64,000 bases of DNA from Phyllobates terribilis (lineage: Eukaryota): contig NW_027362763.1 in the NCBI RefSeq assembly GCF_046119375.1, positions 420,298,001-420,362,000 on the forward strand, written 5' to 3'. Shown one piece after another: positions 37,261-49,690 of the stretch (its first letter is position 1; each line of letters begins with the position of its first letter). Position numbers and translations under genes: made by a program. The notes under the pieces are model-generated. The model worked only from the letters and a program-made list of their open reading frames with translations, ran no database searches and had not been told where the DNA came from.

Positions 37261-38146
37261 TGTAACGGGGCCGGGAGGTGGAACCTCTGAGCTGCAATAC
37301 AAAGGGGAAGTCCTTGTAAGGAAGCGGGTGACTCCCAGGGAAGGCAAGCAGGTAGCCACAGCAAGTGACAGGGACAGTCTCTGGGTAAGCAGGCAGGTGG
37401 TCACGGCAAGTGACGGGGACAGTCTCTGGGTAGACAGGCAGGTGGTCACGGCAAGTGACGGGGACAGTCTCTGGGTAGACAGGCAGGAGGTCACGGCAAG
37501 TGACGGGGACAGTCTCTGGGTAGACAGGCAGGAGGTCACGGCAGGTGACGGCAGGATCTCCAGGCAAGCTGGCAGAAAGCAAGCAGGTGCTCCCAGGAGA
37601 GCGGGTAGACAGACGAGGCGGATACCTGACAGGTAACTGGCGGGCGCTCCCAGGTGAGCGGGCTGACGGAGACAGCAGGTAACAGGCAGGTAACTGGTGG
37701 ACGCTCCCAGGTGAGCGGTCTGACAGACGAGGCAGGTGACAGGCAGGTAACTGGTGGACGCTCCCAGGTGAGCGGTCTGACAGACAAGGCAGGTAACAGG
37801 CAGGTAACTGGCGGATAACAGGCTGGCTGGCAGGACAAGAAGTCAGGCTAGCAGCGGGACCTGAGGGCTGAAGCACAGGAAGACACAGTGCAAACAACTT
37901 TGCTCGGGCACCTCCATTTTGGAGGAGGTGCCTTATGTATGGGAGATCCTCCGGCAATTGGCCGGGGACTCCTTAGGACTGCGCGCGCGGCCCCTTTAAG
38001 GGAGAGGGAGCGCACGCGACCTAAGCACAGTGCCAGGGAAGCAGCGCGCGCTGCCAGCAGCGCGGGAGGAGGACGCCGAGCACGGAGCAGAGAGGTGAGG
38101 GGAACGGCGTCTCTGCCTAGCAGGAGGCAGAGACGCCGATGCTACA
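37261..38146 (-). repeat. 5' LTR of Gypsy 1 (886 bp)
   Basis: Direct repeat of 25526-26366 with one extra 45-bp unit. Confidence 0.97.
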
Positions 38147-38151
38147 GTCAA

Positions 38152-40883
38152 TATCTGTAGTATCCCTTCTTTTGGAGGCATTGGCCAGCTTAAGCCATCT
38201 GAGCAAGTGAATAGATTTGTAATATCTTAGAATGTCCTGAAGTCCAATCCCACCTCTATGGTTTGGTTGGGATAATAATTTGTGTGAGAGCCTAGGTCTT
38301 TTATGTTTCCATATGTATTGAGTGAGTACTTGTTTAATGGAGGAAAAAAAGACATAGGGAGGCATATGGGAAGCATATTTATATAGTAGATGATTTTAGG
38401 AAGAATGTATGCTTTTACTACATTTTTCCTACCAATCCAAGATAACAGTGGATTATCGTAAGTTTTAAGGAGGGATCTAATTTTCTCAACCAATGGTGTA
38501 AAATTTTTCTCATATAAAAAATCTGGGTTATTAGTTATCTGGATCCCTAAATATTTGATACAGCCATGTGGCCACTTAAAGGGGATAGAGCGCTGTAAAA
38601 ATTCAACATCCGATATGGGGGTGGAGATATTTAAAGCTTCCGATTTCTCGTAATTAATTTTAAAATTAGAGAGCTCTCCGAATTTATCAAAAATAGACAT
38701 GAGTTTGGGGAATGCTTTAATTGGGTTGGAAAGCATGAGGAGCAGATCATCTGCAAAAATTGCCGACAAAAGTTCAGTATTTTGCATTTTAACGCCCTGA
38801 ATGTCAGGATCTTGTCTGATTACTTGGCCAAGTGTTTCCATGAGGAGAATAAAGAGGGAGGGCGAGAGGGGGCAACCTTGCCTCGTCCCATTTTGAATAG
38901 TGAAACTTTGTGAAAGAGTACCATTCACCCGTATTCTAGCAGAAGGAGATGAGTAAAGAGAGAAGATAGCATTTACAAAAGTTTCAAGGAAAGCAAATTT
39001 TTCTAGAGTATATGCTAAGAACCTCCAACTCACTCTGTCGAACGCCTTTTCGGCGTCCGTAGAGAGCAAGATCAGGGGGATGTCCTCCCTTCTAGCATAG
39101 GTGATGGCGTGAATGATTTTACTAGAGTTATCTTTTCCCTCCCTTCCCTTAATAAAACCCACCTGGTCACGGTGTATTAGATATGGGAGCACATATTCAA
39201 GCCTCCTAGCAAGGAGTTTAGACCATAGTTTAACATCAGCATTCAATAGAGAAATTGGGCGGTAGTTACCGCTATGTGTAGGGTCTTTGCCTTCCTTGTG
39301 ATTAACCGAAACATAAAGTTTGAATAGCTGGAGTGTCTCCTGACAGGAATGCGTTAAATAATTCTACTAAGTGTGGGAGGAAAGAATTGATAATTTTTTT
39401 ATAGTAAATTATGGGAAGACCATCTGGGCCAGGTGATTTACCGTTAGGAATGGATTTTAGCGTGTCCAGAATTTCTTGTTGGGTGACCTTTTTTGTTAAT
39501 AAATGTATGTCTTCTGGTTTAAGAGTGGGAAGGTTCAACGAGTTTAAAAAATCTTTAATTTTTGAAGAAGCTAAATAAGGATCAAGCATAGAGGGCGGGG
39601 ATTCTATATTATACAGATCCTGATAGTAAGATTTAAATGAGTGTGAAATGTCTGCTGTATCTTCACTTGAGCACTTAAGGTACCATCTTTGGAGCGGATT
39701 TTTTTAATAAAAGATCGCTCAAGATTTTTCTTGAGTAAAGAGGAAGTAAGCTTACTTCCTCTATTACCATGTAGATAGATTCTTTGTTTACACCTTTGAA
39801 ATAATTTAGCAGATTTATCCTTAAGTTTATTTCTTAAGACCAGAAGGTCGTTTTGAGCTTTATCCGCTAGGGACTTTTTATGGAGTTTTTCTAAAGTATT
39901 AATTTGAAGGAGCAAGGAAAAGATTTCTTTATCTCCAGTTTTTTTTAGATGGGCGTTTAATGAGATTAGTTCATCCCTAATGACAGCCTTATGGGGTTCC
40001 CAAATCACCGGGACAGAGGGACCAGAGTTCAAATTTTCCTGGAAGTATAGGTCGAGAGACTTGGAGATCTTAGAGATATATTCTTCATGGTTTATTAGAG
40101 ACTCATTTAATCTCCAAGTCATTTCTCTTTTTGGTAGTGAGCATATGGATAATTCCAAGAATATTGGGGCATGGTCCAATAGCGTTATAGAGCCAATTGA
40201 GGCAGATTTTAGAAGAGATAAAGAAGAGTTTTGAATAAAGAAATAGTCTATTCTATGATAGGAGGAGTGTGGGTGGGAAAAGAAGGTGTAATCCTTTGAA
40301 GAGGGATTTAGAAGTCTCCAAGTATCTATTAGGTGTAAAGCATTCAGGGACATATGTATTTACCTCAAAGTCTTTTGAGAAAGAGCAGATAATCCTGAGG
40401 AAACTTGGGGATTTAAAGAGGAATTAAGGTCACCACCTACTATTAAAAGGCCTTTTTAAAGGAGTATAGAGTATCCAGAGTTTCTATCAACCAGCCAGCT
40501 TGACCCTGATTTGTGGCATAAATATTGCACAATGTAACTATGGTGTTTGCGATACTTCCTTTAACGAAAACATATCTACCTTCAGCATCTGAAAGTTGGT
40601 CCTGGAAAGAGAAGGGTAAATTTTTATGAAGAGCAATACTGGTACCTCTGGAAGCTGAAGAGCCGCAGCTGTGGTACCAAGTTGGGAATTTAGATCTGGA
40701 CAAGTCAGGAGTGCGTTCTTCTTTAAAATGTGTTTCTTGTATGAAAGCTATGGAAGTGTTATTTTTCTTTAACAAGTGAAGGATTTGACTGCGTTTCTGC
40801 GGGGAGTTAAACCCCTTAACATTAAATGACGCGATTACTATAGTGTCATTCGGGGTCATATTTGTCATCATAATTTCTTTCAA
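38152..40883 (-). pseudogene. ORF2: L1 ORF2, endonuclease and RT part
   Basis: ASFNVKG, IQETH, RIDYFF and DHAP (APE endonuclease); GKSPGPDG, DAEKAFDRV, RQGCPLSP and FADD (RT). Split by stops and frameshifts. Confidence 0.93.
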
Positions 40884-41391
40884 AGATAAAAGAATGTAAA
40901 GAGGTCCAATCAGTAGGGCACGAGCATAAACATATATAACATATTAGAACTATAGTATAATTAATATACAACTTATCTGCTGCAGGGGGGGGAACATCCC
41001 AAGAATAGCAGACAAGTTAGATCAGGAGGTGATACCTTAAAGAAATAAAAGGTAATACACAAACCAATAACAGATATGACAGTAATGAACAAAGCTCATC
41101 ATAATCATAACATTTTTGTCAGGTGAGAACAAAGCTAGGACGGAGAAAAACAATCAGGGAGGAATTCCAAGATAAGCTTTCTCAGCCGATTAAGGCAAGT
41201 GAAGAAGAAAACAACTGAACTTCTTCCAAAAGTAAAGGTGCAACATATAGTAGAAACTGGTATGAGAAGTCTAGTTCATCCTGGAGGGGGGTGCCTAGAT
41301 GGTCTTCCCCTAAGCCTATTAGTGGTGCTTCTCCCCTGCATCAACCATTTTTCAGGTCTCTGTAGCAGAGGAAAGGTGAAAGTTTCTTCAT

Positions 41392-42312
41392 CTAAGGGCA
41401 ACCATGAATGTCAATTTTTTGAATTCCAAGTATGTCCCACGAAGTCTCAAGGTCTTCCGGAGTACGAATGTAGATTTCTTTGCCATCTTTTAAAACCGCT
41501 AAACCAAAAGGAAAAAGCCATCTGTACACCAACTTGTTGATCCGAAGAGCATCTAGGAGGGGTTTAATTTTTCTCCTCTTGGCCAAGGTGGAGGGTGCTA
41601 TGTCTTGAAATATTTGTATCGGGTTATCGTCGTAAGATAACGAGCCCGCTTCCCTCGTCTTGGATAGGATTGCTGCAGTATTAACGTAGCTTAACAGACC
41701 GCAGATTAAGTCCCTTGGTGGGTCAGAGGGCTTTGGTTTGGGTCTCAGAGCACGATATATTCGCTCGATAGTAATGCTTTCAGCTCTTTCCGAACCAAGA
41801 AGGGATGTAAAAATCTCATTGGTGACACTTCTAAGGGTATCAGGAGTAAAGGATTCTGAGCCTCCCTTTAGCCTGAGGTTCTTTCGTCTGCTCCTATTCT
41901 CCTGATCTTCTATGGCGAGCAGTGCAGAATTCAGTTGTTGTTTATGGTAGGACAATTGGTCTTTCAGGGTGTCTGAAAAGTCAACTCTCTGACCTACTTG
42001 TTTAAGGTCTGCTCTCAGGCCGGACAATTCTTGCATTATTGGTTGCATCGCCTGTGTAAGTGTTTTCTTTAGGAAAGATCTAGAGATTGGAGCAGAGTTA
42101 GAGGGTTGAGAGCTCGAGTCCGAATCTTCGCTACCTGAATCTGTGTCTACAGCGGAAGTAAGCAATGGTGAGTTAGAGGCAATTTTTCTAGAGGCTTTTT
42201 GGGGTGTGGGAATTTTTTTCTTAAGAAACTTGTCTAATTCTCCTTGCTTACGAGGAGTGGCATTACTTTCAGAATCTTTTTCTTGTACGCTCTCTTTAGC
42301 TGTTTTAACCAT
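41392..42312 (-). CDS. ORF1: L1 ORF1 protein
   Basis: Coiled coil followed by EDQENRSRRKNLRLKG, ERIYRAL, PRDLI and IFQDIAPSTLAKRR. The frame is open, but the C-terminus may be altered. Confidence 0.85.
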   Translation of the reverse strand: MVKTAKESVQEKDSESNATPRKQGELDKFLKKKIPTPQKASRKIASNSPLLTSAVDTDSGSEDSDSSSQPSNSAPISRSFLKKTLTQAMQPIMQELSGLRADLKQVGQRVDFSDTLKDQLSYHKQQLNSALLAIEDQENRSRRKNLRLKGGSESFTPDTLRSVTNEIFTSLLGSERAESITIERIYRALRPKPKPSDPPRDLICGLLSYVNTAAILSKTREAGSLSYDDNPIQIFQDIAPSTLAKRRKIKPLLDALRINKLVYRWLFPFGLAVLKDGKEIYIRTPEDLETSWDILGIQKIDIHGCP

Positions 42313-43484
42313 TTTGAAGTAGTGATTTGAGCATGTATAAAAAGGTATCACCTCCTGTTAATGTTACATGTCACACTGTCATGGAGAGAGTAAAGCAAAG
42401 ATCAATAATGAAAGGTTATTATTTACTTGAGGTAAATGTAAAGTTAGACAGGTGGAGGTAAAAAATAGGTTTAAGAATTTTTCTCCTACAGATCAGTAGG
42501 TGTTCCTCTGTACCCACGCTAATAAACTAGAGCTTAACTGGGTGGGTAATATTCAATAGTACTTAAAGTTCAGTATGGTGGTTTAGTGGATAAAGTTCAG
42601 TTGAATATAGAGGTTGTAGTTCCACTTATGAACGATAGGTGTCAGCAAAATTCTTTATATATTGAAAGTAGATATGAGAGATTATATCAATAGAGAGTCT
42701 TCAAAAAATGTAAAAAGTTTATGAAAAAAGGATTATAAAGAAGCTGAGTGAAGCTCTTTGTGCAGGTCGCAGAAAGTGAGCTGAAAAGAGGTAAGTTACC
42801 TGCTTCCCTGTAGCAGGGGAGAGGGGCAAGAGGGAGCAACAAGATTCCCAAGATGGCGTGTTTTGGCGCCAAAATCCACAAGTTGCTTCAGTGACTGGGC
42901 CCAGCCGATCTTCAGGGAGAAGGCCCCGTCCACGCAGGCCCCCTCAGCTGGGTCCCAGAGGAAGAAGCTCCGCACCAGCAGCAACACCGCGACCAGTCAG
43001 AATCAGCACAAGGTGAGGCGAGGCAGAGGCCCTTTGCGCTTCTCTAAGTTGTGCCTCCCGGGCGCCGCAAATGGGAATGTGGGGGGAGATAGGAGTGCAG
43101 CTGCAGGGTCACCGCACTCCGGACCGCCGCCGGTAACCGGGGAGGCCAGATCCGTGAGGACTCTTTTACTATGGGGGGATTTCCGTGCTCCGATGCTCCT
43201 CACCTCCTACTTCACAGTCGCTGTCTCCTCCACACAGGGCGACACGCCGGGCACCACGCTGTACTCCGCAAGGCCTCCATCAGTTGGTCGCAGGGGGAAG
43301 CAGTAAAGTTGCTCCTGAGGGAAGAGTTTTGCTTCAGGCAGCTTCCCCAGGTCTCTTCAGCAGAAAATATTAAGGGAGAGGTAAAAAATACCCTGAAAAG
43401 TGGGAAAGAGGGTATATTTAAGAGGTCTAGGAGCAGGAGCTGCATGAGTACACATCCTGTCTGCTTTCAGCCTAGGCCACGCAC

Positions 43485-44396
43485 TTTTTTTTTTTTTTTA
43501 AATTCTATTCTCCGTGCGGTAAAAGTGATAAGACCGCTTTATTGTTTAGATCAGTACATTTACAGCGATACCACATTTATATAATTTTTTTTATGTTTTG
43601 TCGCTTCTACAAAATATTAACGATTTTATAGAAAAAGTATTGTTTTTGCATCGCTGTATTCTGAGATATATAACTTTTTTATTTTTCCGCTGATGGAGCT
43701 GTATGGCAGGTTGCTTTTTGTGGCACAAGATGACATTTTCAACAATACATTTTATTCCACTTTTTTTCCAGCGGTATCATGAAAAACCATAGTTTTTTGC
43801 CATGTTTTTTATTTGTTTACTAAAGGGGTTAACTAGTGGAATAGTTTTATAGGTCAGGTCGTTTTTGATGCAGCGATACCAAATGTGTGTACCTTATTGT
43901 TTATTTTTGTCTGTACATCATGCATTGCAATGCAATAGCATTTCAATGCATGAGACCTGTGTGATTACACAGGCAGGTCTCCTGTTTCACCCAGCCTATA
44001 ACTGTGTGTAATAAGCCACCTTACATGGCATTCCAGTTGTTTGACTTCCAGGTACCATGACAACCATCGGCATCCGGAGGGTTAATGACCCTGAGGCTGT
44101 GCTGGCACCGTCCCCGGCTCTCACTGCAGAAGCTTGGCTGTTAGCTGATCGTGCTGTGATCGGTCAGTCATATTGATTCACTTATTGACTGACCGATCAC
44201 AGCGCTCTGAGTGCCGGGACCTATGGCATGGGTTCCCTGCACCTCTTTCTGTGCCGCTCAGATGTCAGTGACCGCTATCTGCATGGATCTGTCATTGCAT
44301 GTTTACACGCAGTAGCAGTTTTAAATCATGACAGACATAGCGCAGGAACAAACACCCGCTCATGACGTGTCATGTCTAACATTTGTCGTAAAGGCT
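43485..44396. mobile_element. Large non-autonomous repeat, copy B, right part
   Basis: Resumes the host-repeat sequence (cf. 12250-12680: AAAGGGGTTAACTAGTGG, ATACCAAAT). Ends CGTAAAGGCT before TTAA. Confidence 0.8.
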
Positions 44397-44400
44397 TTAA

Positions 44401-44831
44401 AGTGAATCTGTCATGAGTTTTTTGCCACCTAATCTGATAATCAGCATAATGTAGAGACAGAGACCCTGTTTTCATCGGTTTGTCACTTTCTGGGCTTCTT
44501 GCTATAGTTTTAATATAATCACTTTTATAAACAATAGATTATCACTAAAGGACTAGTAAACCTACTGCCTTGTAGTCCTCCATATTCATAAACTTTGTAT
44601 AATTCCTGTCCCCAACCACTGATTGGGAGTTTTCTGCCTATGCACAATCAGTGGTGTGAGTGGGATTTTTCAGAGCTCAGCTTTCAGAAAACTGGTCAAT
44701 TGGCTGCAGATAATACAGTGATTTTATCAAAACTGCAGCAAGTAGCCCTGATACATAGCAGGAATTAAGGTCTCTACTCTTATATCATGTTGCTCTCAGA
44801 TGGGTAGCAAAAACTTGGTGACAGATTCCAT
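44401..44831. mobile_element. T2/Kolobok-family MITE
   Basis: Diverged TIRs AGTGAATCTGTCA / ATGGAATCTGTCA, with TTAA at 44397-44400 and 44832-44835. Confidence 0.85.
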
Positions 44832-46486
44832 TTAAAAGTTATTCACTTCTTTTTTTCTGTTTAAAAATGAAAATAGCATATTAGTTATTACTATAAAACG
44901 TAGGAGACCCATATTGTTCTGTTATGTCTAGATATAGTAATCTGAGTATAAAAACAGTCACATGTTCTTGTAAAGAACTCTGTTACTTGTAGAGCCCTTC
45001 TTGATTGGTGTCGACATGCACTAATATGTTCCGATATATTCAGGAAACAATGAATTCATCAAATGAATAATGAACTGTAAACTTCATACTGTCGATATAT
45101 TTGATTCATTCTCATCTTATGAACAGGAGTGCACCGCTCCCCAGCCTCTCAGTTTCCTGCCTGTGGGGGAAGGTGCTACTGCTTGATTGACAGTACGGAC
45201 CGTTGTCGTCCTCACATCGTTGCCCCCGAAGTGTGCATTCTTTGATGTTGCTATGTGAGGCATCTTTGCCTTTGCAGCATTGGAGGAATAAAGTTGAATT
45301 GAAGTTGGTCAAAATCAGGAACAAACAGAGCTCCAGCCTGTGAGCAGATCTTACAAGCTCTTTTGGAAAAAATGCTGTAAGCACTGGGGATGTTCAACCT
45401 CTGCTGCCAGACTGCAGCGGTGGCTGGTAACTTATGTAAAGAGCAATAAAATTTTAAAAAAAACTCCGTTCTTGAGACCAGTGAGGATTTTTAATAACAA
45501 GAAAATTGCAAAGTTGCTTGTTTTTACAAGCACTTTGCAATTTTACCTATTTAACAAGATGATGCTAATCATTAAAAAAAAAGTATACAGACTTACTTGT
45601 CAAAGAAGATGCATTCGTCTGACATGGTTCGAACATACACTGAGTGTTTTTTTGGGGTTCTATTTATTCTAACATCAAGTTTAGTAACTAACCCACATAG
45701 TAAATTGTTTTTTTCAGAAAGTATTATGGCTGTCAATATGCTCTGAAAAAAGTATTGTACAACATTAGTGATGAGCGAGCACTAAAATGCTCGGGTACTC
45801 GTTGTTCGAGTCGAGCAAATTGGAATACTCGGGTGCTCGGTCCGAATAACGTGCCCAATGTAAGTCTATGGGAAACTCGAGCTTTTTTCTGGCGGTCTGC
45901 AGAGGGCCTAAAAATTGCCCAAATCGATGGGAACAGTGCTCAAATGACATGGGAACAGCATGGGGAAAACCCCTGGAAGCATTTCTGACTCCCAGGTAAC
46001 TGCTGTCAACAACGTTGTCAGAGGTATTACGCCACTTTTACGGACTCACAATAAAACATGCAAAAACAAAATGGATTTTCCTGGGAAATATGTTAAGGAA
46101 CATCCTTTCCAGGGTAATGACTTGTATATAAGGCAAAATAAATAACCAAAAACAAAAATGCTCCTCCACACCTTGGGCTATGTTCACACGTAGCATTTTT
46201 GATGCGTTTTTGCACTTTTGCATTGCTTTCAACCAAGACAAATGCATTCACCTGGAAATGTAATTTTAACATTTTACAACCTTATCTGGTCATGTGGTGT
46301 GTGACACATCATCAGACACATCCTGTTTCATTTATGATGGAGGGACTCTGAAAGTCACAAACACTATTTTTATAGGGCATCAGGCGGCCATTACAATCCT
46401 TAAAGGGCCATCAGCCGACTATGCTTTGTTGTTCTCATTACTAACGAGTGGTTCTCCTATACTGTTATTGCGTATGCAATGACTGC

Positions 46487-46800
46487 AACGGCTGCCAAAA
46501 ATTTGGAGAAACTCCAGTGCCCTTTGCAAGAGACGTAGAGGTCGGAGGGCCTCCTGCAAAAAATGCTCCCATTATTAGGAAGTGTGTCTCCCATACTGTT
46601 TGCCTATGCAGTGAAGTAACGGCTGCCAAAAATGTGGAGGAACTCCAATGCCCCTTGCAAGAGACGTAGAGGTCGGAGGGCCTCATGCAAAAAGTGCTCC
46701 CACTATTAGGAAGTGTGCCTCCCATACTGTTTGCCTATGCAGTGAAGTAACGGCTGCCAAAAATTTGGAGGAACTCCAATGACCCTTGCAAGAGACGTAG
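46487..46800. repeat. 131-bp tandem repeat x2.4 inside the hAT
   Basis: AACGGCTGCCAAAA recurs at 46487, 46618 and 46749. Confidence 0.92.
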
Positions 46801-49690
46801 ATATGTTGATATAGTACATATGGTGGTGGAGGATGAGGATGCGGAAAAGGAGGAAGACAAGAACAAATAGACAAAATCAGGAACCGTATACCCATGTCTA
46901 CGTGGGAAGACAGAGGTGCATGGGAATAGAGTTAGATCTCCCAAAAAAATGACACTGTATTTGAGTTTGTTATGTTGCTCTCATTCGGTGGCTTTGAGAA
47001 GTCTGGCCCAATCCAGCCCTTGTTCATTTTTATAAGAGTCAGCCTGTCAGCATTTTCAGTTGACAGGCAGATTCGCCTATCGGTTATAATTCCACCAGCG
47101 GCACTAAAAACCCACTCTGACAAAACGCTAGCGGCAGGGCAGGCCAGGACCTCCAAGGCGTATAGAGCCAGTTCATGCCACGTGTCCAGCTTAGATACCC
47201 AATAATTATAAGGCACAGAGGAATCACGGAGGACATTGGTACGGTCTGCAAGGTACTACCTCACCATCTTCCAAAACTTTTCCTTTCTTGGGAGAAAACC
47301 CCGTGCCTCAGGGCCTGTGCGATGGGAGGGTCTGAGAAAACTGTCCCAGAACTTTGACAGTGTTCCCCTGCCTCTGCTGGATTGCATTTGTGTCTCTCTC
47401 GCCTGTACTCCTTGGTTGTCCAACGAACTGTGACCTCTGCCGCCAGTTTTTTCAGATGGGAATTTTTTAAAAAATTCCGCAACAAGCGCCTTCTCGTACT
47501 GCCCCATTTTATTAGGCCTGTCCTGCAAGGGAATAAGAGACAGAAAGTTCTCCTTGTAGCCTGGGTCTAGAAGTGTCACCAACCAGTAATAACTGTCACC
47601 CAAAATTTGGACAACGCGAGGGTAACGGGAAAGGCAGCGTAACATAAACTCAGCCATGTGTGCCCGACTGCAAAGAGGCAAGACTTCCGTGTCCTCACCA
47701 AGGGGATGACTGACCATGCTCTCCTCCTCATCTTCCTCATCCTCCTCCTCCCTGTCCTCAGGCCATCCACGCTGAACAGACGGTATGACAGTTGTGCAGG
47801 TAGTACCGTCTATAGCGCAGGAAACTAGCTCCTGTTCTTCTTCCTCCTCCTGTTCCTCATTCTCACCCAATCCATGTTGGGATGAGATGAGGCTGGGCTG
47901 TGTGTAATCACCCTGTATGGTTCCTTGCTCCATCTCATCGTGCTCCTCCTGCAATGCATCCTCTTTAATTGTGAGCAGAGAGCGTTTCAGAAGACAGAGA
48001 AGTGGGATGGTGACGCTAATTATGGCATCATCGCCGCTCACCATCTTGGTGGAGTCCTTCAAGTTTTGGAGGATGGTACAAATGTCTGACATCCATCTCC
48101 ACAGGTTTTATGTGTAGAGTCTGACCTAAATACCGACGGCCTTGTTGATGCTGGTAGTCAACAACTGCCCTCTTCTCACAAATCCTTCCCAACATCTGCA
48201 ATGTATAGTTCCAACACGTGGGGACATCGCAGATCAGTCGGTGAGCTGGAAGCTGCAAACGCTGCTGAAGCATGCCAATGACGGCGGAAGCTGTAGCTGA
48301 CTTTCTAAAATGGGCACACAGGCGGCGTACTTTGACAATCATATATCCGACAGATCTCGGTAGATTTTGAGAAACCGCTGAACCACGAGGTTAAGCACAT
48401 GGTCCAGTATTGGTACGTGTGTGAGCTCGCCTCGCCTCAGAGCCGTCACCAGGTTCCGGCCATTGTCACACAACGACCATGCCTGGCTGTAGGGTCAGCC
48501 ACAGATCTGCCTGCTCTTTCAGAGCTGTCCAAAACTCATCAGCATTGTGCGGTTTGTCACCTAAGCAGGCTTCAGCACAGCCTGTTGCCGCTTGGCCGAG
48601 GCAGTGCTTCTAGCTTGCGAGTGATGTGGTCATTTCAGAGATGGCAGCTGAAGAGGAGGAGGTGCAGGAGCTGTTGAGTATGGGGGGCAACCCTGATTGA
48701 CCAAGGGCCAGCAATCCTCGGCGTTAGGAGGACGTGTTCCGTCCCAATGTCCGACTGGGTCCCGGCTTCCACTATATTAACCCAGTGTGCCGTCAGCGAG
48801 ATGTACCGTCCCTGCCCACAAGCATTTGTCCACGTGTCCATGGTTAGGTGTACTTTCCCAGTAACTGCGTTGTTGAGGGCACGTCTAATGTTGTGGGACA
48901 TGTGCTCGTGTTATGCGGGGATGGAACATCGGGAGAAATAGTGTCGGCTCGGGACTGAGTACCGAGGGATGGCCGCCGCCATCAGGTTGCGGAAAGCTTC
49001 CGTCTCCACAAGCCTAAAAGGCAATATTTTGAATGCAAGCATTTGCAAAATGTGTGAATTTAGTAGTGTGGCCTGTGGGGAAATGGCTGCGTATTTGCAC
49101 TTGCGTTACAAGGACTGGGGTAGAGACAACTGAACGCTGCACTGGGACAAGGACGTGGACGTGCTTGCTAATTGTGCTAGTTGAGAGTGTGCAATGACAG
49201 GTGCAGGACAGGAGGCATGTTGGCATGCGCCATGGACAGGGGATTGTGTTATGATCTGCAACATGTACTAAGGAAAGATAGGGGAAAGCTGTCCCTACTA
49301 TAAGACTAAGCTGAATCCCTACGATGTAGCGGGCTGCCTGTTCCTAGTGAACAGACCCGCCTTAGTCCTCGGCTAGTCTGAACGAAGACCTATAGAATTA
49401 AGGGAGGGGTCCCTAAAAGAACTAAGGACTGGGACAAAAAAGGGACACCTCCTAAACAGAAGTTGTTGCAGAACACAAAAAGACAAACTGACAAAAAGTA
49501 CTAGAGGTCCCAGAGGACCAAGCGAACTTGACAAAGAAAGGCACAGAAGCACCAGGCTAGAGAGACAGTAGAACACTGAAGTCCAGCACAGCCAGAAGGG
49601 CGGAGCTGGAATATAAAGGCCGATGGTCACATGACCGCAAACCACATGATAGAAAAAACAAACAGGAGGGTTCTAACAGTACCCCCTCTT

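Larger units (their letters stand above)
25526..38146 (-). mobile_element. Gypsy chromovirus (Tf1/sushi-like) LTR retrotransposon 1, interrupted by DIRS
   Basis: LTRs 25526-26366 and 37261-38146 (TG...CA), near-perfect 5-bp TSD CTCAA/GTCAA, PPT at about 26367-26385, and gag-PR-RT-RH-IN-chromodomain order. Confidence 0.97.
23930..43484 (-). mobile_element. Full-length LINE-1 (about 6.9 kb net), split by a Gypsy insertion
   Basis: 5' CpG-rich end at 43484, ORF1, and ORF2 (EN, RT, Cys-rich). AATAAA near 23955 and an A-rich tail near 23930-23945. Inserted in a T-tract of the host repeat. Confidence 0.93.

Noticed and set aside
42863-43584. Plus-strand ORFs in the L1 5' UTR (possible ORF0 analogue)
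   Set aside because: They are expected by chance in GC-rich sequence, and a single copy gives no support for conservation.
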